Virus record (IMG/VR): IMGVR_UViG_2609459819_000001
Coordinates: 1-42,054 of that record
Direction: 5' to 3' (one strand)
From: a virus
Taxonomy: Duplodnaviria > Heunggongvirae > Uroviricota > Caudoviricetes
DNA: 42,054 bases
The position numbers were made by a program, and so were the translations under genes. Position 1 is the first letter of the stretch. Every line of letters starts with the position of its first letter. Below are positions 34,550-42,054 of this stretch, one piece after another. The notes below the pieces were generated by a model. The model was not told where the DNA came from and searched no databases. It saw nothing but the letters and a program-made list of their open reading frames with translations.

Positions 34550-34974
34550 TGCTTGATAAAATTCGCTTTAAGGGATTTGATCTCGAGGGTTCTTCCCTTT
34601 TTATCGACGACAGTGATAATTCTGAAGGCGGAAAATATAGCTTAAAATTTTCTGAGCATCACGTTGTTCCTCAAAAAGATGAAGATGGAAATTGGCTCTT
34701 TATTGAAGTTAAGCCATCGATAACTGGTTTCCCTCGCGATAAAAAAGATTTTGATGATGGTGAGGATGTATTGTTCAAGGCAGAGGCTACCTTGACACTA
34801 ACATTTGAGTGTGACCTCGATGAAGAAGTAACTGAGGATTTTTATAATGAAAATGCTTGGTTTTTTGAAAATTATGTATATGTATGTACAAAAACAGTTT
34901 TTGAAAATATGTTCAAAAACACAGTGTTAGATACTATAACGTTACCTTGGTCCCCAACATCATCTAGAAAATAA
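34549..34974 (+). CDS. Acidic hypothetical protein (141 aa) co-oriented with hicAB
   Basis: ATG overlaps hicB stop (TGATG); about 30 Asp/Glu vs about 14 Lys/Arg; AT-rich DNA; followed by terminator. Confidence 0.4.
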   Translation: MLDKIRFKGFDLEGSSLFIDDSDNSEGGKYSLKFSEHHVVPQKDEDGNWLFIEVKPSITGFPRDKKDFDDGEDVLFKAEATLTLTFECDLDEEVTEDFYNENAWFFENYVYVCTKTVFENMFKNTVLDTITLPWSPTSSRK

Positions 34975-34981
34975 TCTCCAA

Positions 34982-35009
34982 CCCGGCCACCGCGCCGGGG
35001 TTTCTTTTG
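34982..35009 (+). terminator. Intrinsic terminator ending the repressor/hicAB transcription unit
   Basis: CCCGGC-caccgc-GCCGGG stem followed by TTTCTTTTG. Confidence 0.5.
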
Positions 35010-35010
35010 C

Positions 35011-35205
35011 CTACCCTTTTCGCACTTCCTCAGCAGCAAACCTGAACACCTGTCGCCAAAAATCGTTCTGCTCAATATCCCCCAGCGACTCCAGCATTGA
35101 AATGATCGCCTCAGTAGTGGGCGCGTCTCCATGTGATATCAGATTCAGCGTCGCTCTACCTACCGCCTGACATACATCGTTGTAACCCACGTAGAACTTT
35201 TCCAT
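35011..35205 (-). CDS. Hypothetical 64-aa protein
   Basis: ORF with GAGGGTGGG upstream of ATG; convergent with hicAB unit. Confidence 0.3.
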   Translation of the reverse strand: MEKFYVGYNDVCQAVGRATLNLISHGDAPTTEAIISMLESLGDIEQNDFWRQVFRFAAEEVRKG

Positions 35206-35317
35206 ATCCCACCCTCATCGATTTTTTTATAACCACAAAATAGACCACAAAACATACTACTCGTGCCAACGAGCGCAACCAACTAAACTTTTTGTTTATA
35301 TAAAAATGCTCATTATG

Positions 35318-35346
35318 TTGACACGCAAATAAACATTGTGTTTAAT
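35318..35346 (+). promoter_or_regulatory. pL-like early promoter (TTGACA-17 nt-TTTAAT) with embedded operator TAAACATTGTGTTTA
   Basis: Near-identical architecture to pR; operator 35330-35344 in spacer/-10; second partial site CATTATGTTGA overlaps the -35. Confidence 0.5.
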
Positions 35347-35589
35347 TGCTCCATCAACACAACCACCAAAGCAGGACGCCCACGAAGAAGCCGTCCGGGG
35401 CATTCGAAGACCGGAATGAGGTGGTGAGATTAACGCGCAGTAGGTTTGAAACGTTCCGCCAGCCTGGCGACAAGGGCAAAGCACAGAGTGAGCTTCGCGG
35501 TGGTGAATTGCAGAGTTAAAGCGCTCAACCGTGAAGATCAGCGCCGCAGCAACACCAGCGAAGTTCACTCAGAAAAACTGGAGTACATC

Positions 35590-35796
35590 ATGGTTCATCA
35601 GCACTACGGTACACAGACAGTAAACCGCGGCGCAGTTCAGCCGGGGATGCTTGTAAAACACAAAGACTCAACCTGGACCGCATCTGCTAACGCACGCGGT
35701 CGCCTGTATCTTCACCGTGGCATCGAACGTACCTACACCAAAGATTTGCTGGTTGAGGTTTATCTAAACGGTTTAGGACATGGCCTTAGCCATTAA
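35590..35796 (+). CDS. Hypothetical 68-aa protein (first gene of pL-like operon)
   Basis: ATG with GGAG 6 nt upstream; preceded by about 240-nt leader. Confidence 0.3.
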   Translation: MVHQHYGTQTVNRGAVQPGMLVKHKDSTWTASANARGRLYLHRGIERTYTKDLLVEVYLNGLGHGLSH

Positions 35797-35807
35797 CGGA
35801 GTGAGTT

Positions 35808-35969
35808 ATGCAGGAGAAAAAATGCGCGTACTGCCGCAAGCCGATCAAGCAAGGGAAGGAAGTTAAAAACGAACTGCTCTTTATCCACGGCACGCAGTTG
35901 AAACGCGAGCAACGTGATTACTGTTCAGTACGTTGCGCTTCGTTCGACCAGATGGCCCACGAAGCATAA
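35808..35969 (+). CDS. Small zinc-ribbon protein (53 aa; CxxC...CxxxC)
   Basis: Manually translated MQEKKCAYCRKPIKQGKEV...DYCSVRCASFDQMAHEA; GGAG 6 nt upstream; occupies the position of Rac ydaE upstream of recE. Confidence 0.3.
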   Translation: MQEKKCAYCRKPIKQGKEVKNELLFIHGTQLKREQRDYCSVRCASFDQMAHEA

Positions 35970-36107
35970 CGAAAACCCCGCGCAAGGCGGGATTCACGTC
36001 CGGTGCCACCGACCAAAGTTACACCGGAATTTATACCAAACCAAAAAACATCCAATGGGCGCTATCTCTGGCCCGGGGATTCTAACACTCAAAAAAGAGG
36101 ATCTCAC

Positions 36108-39017
36108 ATGGAATTTTTCCATCTGATAAAAGCCAGTCAGAAGTCTGGCAAGAAAGATGCAGTGATTTGGTTCACTGCGAAAAGTGTAGCGCGCGCCAAT
36201 CTCCAACTCGATGTGGCACTGGAAGAAGCCGGAATTGAAGAAACTGGCCGCGGTAAAGATTATGCCAAACCAATCCGCACCGATTTCCCGGTATATGACG
36301 ACCTGCCGGAAGAAGGCGCAGTGGATTACACCTGGTGCAAACGCTACGAACTGCAGAACGATGACCGCACCTGGCTGCCAAAAGTCACAGCTGAAAACTC
36401 TGACGAGAAAACGGCTCAGACCGTTGATAGTCACATAACTACTGAGTCAACGCTGCCAGAAACCGCTGGCATCACGCTGGACGAACACGACGACGACTCA
36501 ACCCTCTACCCGGTAGTGCAGATGCCGTTTCGTAAGCAACTGCTTTCCCAGTTCACCGCCGACGAACTGCGCCACCACGTAACCCGCGAAGAGTACGAAG
36601 CTATCGGCGCGCTGGAGATGGACACTGATAACAGTTACGTCCAGAACTTGCTGTTAGCTGCTGAGAACTGCCCGGACGTGAAGGGTTACGACACCAAAGA
36701 CCTGTGGCGCTACACCGATGCCATTCGCAAAGTGTTCAGCCAGGACAAGCGTCACGAACTCGCGCTGGTACTCCGTTTCACCAGAATGTGGGCGGCGACT
36801 GATTACATTGACCGTGGCATCCTGGCGCGTGAATGGGCTGCCGGTAATCACATCAGTAGTGTTCAGCGTACTGATTCCGGAACCAATGCCAACGGCGGTT
36901 ACGTCACTGACCGTGGACCTGATGCATACCATACCCTTGACACTCTCGATTTAGAGATTGCATGTGCCCTTCTGCCTATGGACTTCAACCACTTCGAGAT
37001 CCCGGGCAGCATTCTTCGTCGCGCTAAAGAAATCGTGACCAAAAAAGAAGAACCGTGGAAATCATGGAGCAGCATTCTGCGCAATCAACCCGGCGTTCTT
37101 GGCGTTAACCGCACAGCTATTTTTAACCTGATACGTATCGCGCCGGAAAATATTCATCTAACTCCTGTCGCTCACCTGGAGTTTGTTAACCGGACCATGA
37201 CTGCTGCGTTTAATGCTGCTGTTGAGTTATTGCCATTGCATGAAGCTGAGCCCGCAACACAGGAAATTCCCCAACCTGAAGGTAAGGAGTCTCCGCGCAA
37301 ATCCTTCTGCACTCACGAAGAGAACCTGCAACGCGTGCGTGAAGAAGGAGCACGCCGCCGCGCAGAGGAAGCGGCAGCACAACCGCAGAAAGTCGAACAA
37401 GAACTGGTTAAAAATGTCGGCAACGGAATATTCGACGTTACGGCTTTGCTGCAGAACTCAGCAACTCATGGCACGAAAAAGGCTACGGAGACCACCAGCA
37501 ATGTGCAGGTTCAAGAAACTGTCAGTGATGAAAAACAAGCTGGTGATGAAGTACAGCCAGGCGAAAGCAGTCTGGAGTCTGGTGAAGAGTCAGATACCAG
37601 CCAGAAGGACGATGTAGACCAGAATACGGATTCTGTCGCCAAAAATAGCGATTCTGTAAGCCAAACCGAACCAGTTGCAGCACAAACCGAGCCAGAAGCG
37701 CAATCTGACGAACCAGCTGTTGTTTATCCCGCTTATTTCGAGCCAGGCCGCTATGAAGGGCTGCCAAACGAGGTTTACCACGCCGCCAACGGCATCAGCT
37801 CAACCCAGGTGAAAGATGCGCGCGTTTCGCTGATGTACTTCAATGCGCGCCACGTAGAGAAAACCATCGTCAAAGAGCGCTCAGCGGTGCTGGACATGGG
37901 CAACTTGGTGCATGCGCTGGCGTTGCAGCCTGAACTACTGGACGCAGAATTCAGCGTTGAACCGGTGATCCCTGAAGGCGCATTCACAACGGCCGCGACC
38001 CTGCGCGCCTTTATCGATGAGCACAATGCCAGCCTGCCGGCGCTGCTGTCTGCCGACGACATCAAGGTGTTACTGGAAGAGTACAACGCCACCCTGCCGC
38101 CGCAGGTTCCGCTTGGCGCTAACCTGGAAGAAACGGCACAGAACTATATGGCGCTGCCAGCTGACTTCCAGCGTATTGATGGTGACCAGAAGCAGACGGC
38201 GACGGCAATGAAGGAATGCATTAAAGAGTACAACGCCACCCTGCCGCCGCCGGTTAAAACCAGCGGCAGCCGTGACGCGCTGCTGGAGCAGTTGGCAATC
38301 ATCAACCCTGACCTTGTGGCTCAGGAAGCACAGAAACCGGCACCACTGAAAGTGTCCGGTACCAAAGCAGACATGATCCAGGCCGTGAAGGCAGTCAAAC
38401 CAGATGCCGTATTTGCCGACGAACTGCTGGATGCCTGGCGCGATAACCCGGAAGGAAAAGTGCTGGTCACCCGCCAGCAGCTGAGCACCGCGCTGAATAT
38501 TCAAAAAGCGCTTCTGGCACACCCGACCGCCGGCATGCTGCTGACCCACCCTAGCCGAGCCGTTGAGGTGAGCTACTTTGGTTTTGACGAGGAGACGGGC
38601 TTGGAAGTTCGTGTGCGCCCTGACCTTGAGATCGACCTGGATGGCGTGCGTATAGGTGCAGACCTGAAAACCATCAGCATGTGGAATGTTAAGCAGGAAA
38701 GCCTGCGCGCCAGGCTACACCGGGAAATTATTGAACGTGATTATCACCTGAGCGCGGCTATGTACTGCGAAACCGCAGCGCTGGATCAGTTCTTCTGGAT
38801 TTTCGTCAACAAAGACGAGAACTACCACTGGATCGCCATCATCGAGGCATCCGCTGAACTACTGGAGCTGGGTATGCTCGAGTACCGCAAAGCGATGCGC
38901 AATATCGCAACCGGATTCGACACAGGTGAATGGCCAGCGCCAATCACTGCTGACTACACCGACGAACTGAACGACTTCGACCTGCGCCGCCTTGAAGCGC
39001 TGCGTACTCAGGCATAA
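36108..39017 (+). CDS. recE: RecE-like exonuclease VIII (C-terminal PD-(D/E)xK nuclease domain)
   Basis: 969 aa from ATG 36108 (AAGAGG upstream); acidic N-terminal region; C-terminal RPDLEIDLDGVRIGADLKT with Asp and D-x-K motifs; followed by recT-like gene. Confidence 0.55.
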   Translation: MEFFHLIKASQKSGKKDAVIWFTAKSVARANLQLDVALEEAGIEETGRGKDYAKPIRTDFPVYDDLPEEGAVDYTWCKRYELQNDDRTWLPKVTAENSDEKTAQTVDSHITTESTLPETAGITLDEHDDDSTLYPVVQMPFRKQLLSQFTADELRHHVTREEYEAIGALEMDTDNSYVQNLLLAAENCPDVKGYDTKDLWRYTDAIRKVFSQDKRHELALVLRFTRMWAATDYIDRGILAREWAAGNHISSVQRTDSGTNANGGYVTDRGPDAYHTLDTLDLEIACALLPMDFNHFEIPGSILRRAKEIVTKKEEPWKSWSSILRNQPGVLGVNRTAIFNLIRIAPENIHLTPVAHLEFVNRTMTAAFNAAVELLPLHEAEPATQEIPQPEGKESPRKSFCTHEENLQRVREEGARRRAEEAAAQPQKVEQELVKNVGNGIFDVTALLQNSATHGTKKATETTSNVQVQETVSDEKQAGDEVQPGESSLESGEESDTSQKDDVDQNTDSVAKNSDSVSQTEPVAAQTEPEAQSDEPAVVYPAYFEPGRYEGLPNEVYHAANGISSTQVKDARVSLMYFNARHVEKTIVKERSAVLDMGNLVHALALQPELLDAEFSVEPVIPEGAFTTAATLRAFIDEHNASLPALLSADDIKVLLEEYNATLPPQVPLGANLEETAQNYMALPADFQRIDGDQKQTATAMKECIKEYNATLPPPVKTSGSRDALLEQLAIINPDLVAQEAQKPAPLKVSGTKADMIQAVKAVKPDAVFADELLDAWRDNPEGKVLVTRQQLSTALNIQKALLAHPTAGMLLTHPSRAVEVSYFGFDEETGLEVRVRPDLEIDLDGVRIGADLKTISMWNVKQESLRARLHREIIERDYHLSAAMYCETAALDQFFWIFVNKDENYHWIAIIEASAELLELGMLEYRKAMRNIATGFDTGEWPAPITADYTDELNDFDLRRLEALRTQA

Positions 39018-39028
39018 GGGGAATGATG

Positions 39029-40141
39029 ATGGAAAACACGAATATCGTAACCGCTGAACAGCAGACTCCAAACACGATCTCAGCCAGCAATGCCATTTTC
39101 AACGTGCAGGCTTTAACCCAGCTTCAGTCTGTCGCCGGGTTGATGGCACAGGCAGCCGTAACGGTGCCTGAGCACCTCCGCGGCAATCCGGCAGACTGCA
39201 TGGCCATCATCATGCAGGCGATGCAGTGGGGTATGAACCCTTACGCCGTGGCGCAAAAGACGCACCTGGTTAACGGTGTCCTGGGATACGAAGCGCAACT
39301 GGTTAATGCGGTGATCTCCAGCTCAAACGCCATCGTTGGCCGCTTTCACTATGAGTACGAGGGCGACTGGTCGAAATGTGCCAGCAGCCGCGAGATAACC
39401 GTTAAAAAGCCTGCGAAAGGTGGCGGGACGTACGACAAGAAAGAAATGGTACGCGGTTGGGAAAGTGCTGATGAACAAGGACTGTCGGTACGGGTAGGTG
39501 CCGTTATTCGCGGTGAAAGTGATATCACCTGGGGAGAGCCTGTTTTCCTCTCCAGCGTAATCACACGTAATTCTCCACTTTGGGTATCAAACCCGAAACA
39601 GCAGATCGCTTATCTGGCACTCAAATACTGGGCGCGCCTATATTGCCCTGCAGTTGTTCTTGGTGTGTACACCCCTGATGAGATTGAACAGCGCACAGAA
39701 AAAGAGATCAACCCAACGCCGCAACGCGTTAGCCTGGCTGATATCTCAGGTGACACCGTCACAACCACGCAAAGCGCACAGGAATCGTCGGTAAATGTCG
39801 ACTCTCTTGCCGATGATTTCCGCGAACGCATCGAATCTGCTCAGGACGTGGATAGCGCCAAATCGCTGCGTGCCGACATTGAAACGGCGAAAGCTACGCT
39901 GGGATCCGCACTATTCACCGAGCTGAAAAACAAAGCCGTAAAGCGTTATTACCTAGTGGATGCACGCAACAAGGTTGAGGAGGCTATTAAATCCCTGCCC
40001 CAGCCCGACGAGCCGCATGCAGCCGAACGGTTCGCTGAAGCCGAGCGCATGCTTGCATCTTCAAAGCGTCACTTAGGCGATGAACTGCACGATCAATTCA
40101 GCATCACCCTGGCGGATATGAAACCGGAATACGTGGCCTGA
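39029..40141 (+). CDS. recT: RecT/Bet-family single-strand annealing protein
   Basis: AIIMQAMQWGMNPYAVAQKTHLV and NPKQQIAYLALKYWARLYCP parallel lambda Bet/RecT motifs; start ambiguous among three consecutive ATGs (39023/39026/39029). Confidence 0.6.
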   Translation: MENTNIVTAEQQTPNTISASNAIFNVQALTQLQSVAGLMAQAAVTVPEHLRGNPADCMAIIMQAMQWGMNPYAVAQKTHLVNGVLGYEAQLVNAVISSSNAIVGRFHYEYEGDWSKCASSREITVKKPAKGGGTYDKKEMVRGWESADEQGLSVRVGAVIRGESDITWGEPVFLSSVITRNSPLWVSNPKQQIAYLALKYWARLYCPAVVLGVYTPDEIEQRTEKEINPTPQRVSLADISGDTVTTTQSAQESSVNVDSLADDFRERIESAQDVDSAKSLRADIETAKATLGSALFTELKNKAVKRYYLVDARNKVEEAIKSLPQPDEPHAAERFAEAERMLASSKRHLGDELHDQFSITLADMKPEYVA

Positions 40142-40179
40142 CGAGACCGGGAGGGGTAACCCTCCCTCAAGGAGATTAT

Positions 40180-40422
40180 ATGCGACTGATCAATCGAGGA
40201 AGTAAGCAATCACCTTTAGCTCGCCAAGCATGCGACATCGCGCTGGCAGCTCACTTGCAAACATATGGCGACTATGGGCGAAGCAAGATGAAAGAGACTT
40301 ATACGGTGAAGGTTGAAGGCGTGAAAGTCTGGGTGGAGGTGGTGAACCGAAAGGCGAGCTACGTGGCCACAGCGATGACCGGCATGCGCCGTCTCCGCTC
40401 CCTGCCCGGGCAGGTTGGTTGA
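40180..40422 (+). CDS. Hypothetical 80-aa protein
   Basis: AGGAG 7 nt upstream of ATG; position of Rac ralR/ydaC. Confidence 0.3.
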   Translation: MRLINRGSKQSPLARQACDIALAAHLQTYGDYGRSKMKETYTVKVEGVKVWVEVVNRKASYVATAMTGMRRLRSLPGQVG

Positions 40423-40463
40423 AAAAGATTTTGAATGGCCCGAACGGGCAACTGGAGAGAGCT

Positions 40464-40661
40464 ATGGATGATATTTTGGTAACGTCAGACCTGACCAGTC
40501 GCTACAAAATTTCACGCAAAACCCTTTGGTCATGGCAAAGTGCAGACACAATGCCTCGGGGCTTCGTATGCCCGTTCCCACCCCCTGACTGGCCCGGCAA
40601 CCCTAACCGCTGGCGCTCTGAGTCAATCAAAGAGTGGGAGGATAAAAAGAAGATAAATTAA
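40464..40661 (+). CDS. xis: Excisionase / AlpA-family DNA-binding protein
   Basis: 65 aa from ATG 40464 (GGAGAG upstream); [19 protein letters not shown] pattern; 4-nt convergent overlap with integrase stop. Confidence 0.45.
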
Positions 40662-41851
40662 CTGAAGGGCTCTCCGATGATCTCTTCAAGATGGCTCTGC
40701 CAAACGCGGAGCCAGTGTTTCTGATCATCGATATAGTCATGAAGGTTGTAATGCGCCATAACCCCCACCATCTGATGCCCGAGCAGCTTTTCAATTACGT
40801 GCGGCGGGCAACCTAACTCAGAGAGATTTGTGGCTATCGTCCGCCTCATATCATGAAGCGACCACTCTGCCATACCTGTTCCATTCCAAATAGAACGGGC
40901 GTAATTGGATGCCACAGGTGAATGAACGGGCGAATCTTTGATCCCGCCATCAATTTTACGTTGTGAAGTCACCAGGTGATTGGTGTTTATTTTCTTGAGG
41001 TGATTTCTGACCAGGTTAACGGCGGCGTCTGAGAGTCCCCTTCTAATATGTACCCGAGTTTTATAACTGCCCGCAGGCACGACCCACTCATTATCATCCA
41101 ATCGAAACCATGATCTCTCACTAAGTCGAATCTCAGCCGTACGGCATCCGGTAAGCATAATAAATTTCACCAGGAAAACGGACTCTATCGACATATGGCT
41201 TTTCAACCACTGATAGATTTTGCGCAGATCGTCATCGTCCATCCTGCGAGTTCTCTTTTTAGGCTTTTGCCCGACATCAGATGGCAGTAATCCCTCGAGT
41301 GGGTTTGAGGCGATCACACTTCTGTTAACGCAGAACCTAAACGCCCGTTTGCACAGCGAAAGCATGTAATGAGCCATCACCCTGCTTTCTATAGAATCGA
41401 AGACGTTGATCCAGTGCATTTTCGCTGTGTTATCGACTTTGACATTCTTCATCGGTTCGGCGATATGTTTCTCAAACACCTGGCGATAGTAATCGACTTT
41501 AACTAGCCCGTTAGCGATACAGTGCCTTTCAATCCAGTAATTGAACGCTTCGGCAACGGACATCGCTTCCTGTCGGGTCTGCTTATCCAGCTTCACCTGC
41601 TCTCGCGGATCCAGTCCCTCAGTTAACCAGTTTCTGAATTGTTGGCGACGCTCTCTTGCCTGGGTGATACTCATTGCAGGATAATCACCAACATTGAGTT
41701 TTACCGCTTTACCGGCCCAGCGATACCGATAGAAAAATGATATTTTTCCGGCCTGGCTGATTCTGGCGTTGAGCCCGTGCGAATCAGAAATAATCTCGAT
41801 ATCATCTCTTTTCTTGCCGAGCGCCTTCCTGAGCTTTGTGTCGGTGATCAT
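40658..41851 (-). CDS. int: Tyrosine integrase (P4-like, N-terminal arm-binding domain)
   Basis: C-terminal [28 protein letters not shown]...MAHY catalytic region; N-terminal [14 protein letters not shown]...[23 protein letters not shown]; start taken at internal ATG 41851. Confidence 0.8.
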
Positions 41852-41856
41852 TGAAT

Positions 41857-41898
41857 GGGTACACATTTTTGTTTTTGGGTACACAAAAGTGTACACAA
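41857..41898. repeat. Three direct repeats G(G/T)GTACACA immediately upstream of integrase start
   Basis: Copies at 41857-41865, 41878-41886, 41889-41897 (GTGTACAC is palindromic). Confidence 0.35.
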
Positions 41899-42054
41899 AG
41901 TTGCCCACTCAAAGCTACACGCAATGTAACACTAGTTCGCAGAGTGTTATGATTTACATCCTTGAAAGCCTGCTGGATAAGGGTTTAGCGTAACAGAACG
42001 TTTTTACGCGGAATTGTTCGTAATATGCCAAATGACAATTTAAGAAAGTGTTCT

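Larger units (their letters stand above)
1..41908. mobile_element. Integrated temperate phage (lambdoid/Rac-like early region, Mu-like contractile tail); left end outside window, right end near the integrase
   Basis: Continuous phage gene order from tail fiber to integrase; integrase, excisionase, repressor/cro, O/P, Q, lysis, terminase, portal, capsid and tail genes all present. Confidence 0.8.

Noticed and set aside
35446-35796. 116-aa TTG-initiated ORF with a basic N-terminal extension, considered as an N-like antiterminator
   Set aside because: TTG start has no SD, the extension is not a convincing arginine-rich motif, and no boxA/boxB-like nut site was found. The ATG at 35590 with a GGAG SD was preferred.
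41909-42054. Possible attachment site or tRNA fragment to the right of the integrase
   Set aside because: No tRNA-like cloverleaf segment recognisable, and the other prophage end is outside the window so no direct repeat can be matched; only a short inverted repeat (TAACACT..AGTGTTA) is seen.
1-42054. CRISPR arrays, rRNA/tRNA genes, IS elements or transposases
   Set aside because: No spaced direct repeats, structural RNA genes or transposase-like ORFs were seen; the repeats present are ori iterons, operators and intragenic coding repeats.

Overview
The window lies almost entirely inside one integrated temperate phage of an enterobacterial host; the left prophage end is outside the window and no att site could be identified at the right edge. 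Minus strand, left to right: partial tail fiber, a Mu-like contractile-tail and baseplate module (J/W/V-like proteins, hub, tape measure, frameshifted chaperone, tube, sheath), head genes, portal, terminase, lysis cassette, lambda-type Q, a DLP12-like nin block (ylcG, rusA, ybcO, ybcN), a LexA-controlled dinI-like gene, lambda-like ren/P/O with ori iterons, and cro. Plus strand: a cI-like HTH repressor, a hicA/hicB toxin-antitoxin pair plus an acidic unknown protein, then a pL-like promoter driving recE/recT-like genes and xis, with a tyrosine integrase (minus) at the right edge. All calls come from reading ORF translations and DNA motifs by eye; no database search was run. Most worth follow-up are three accessory cargo islands (a secreted-protein/DUF4236 island inside the baseplate genes, a membrane protein between Q and the lysis genes, and the hicAB-plus-acidic-protein cassette at the rex-equivalent position), together with a possible SOS-sensing operon, a G/GT-type -1 frameshift, an oop-like antisense RNA and matching pR/pL operator architecture.
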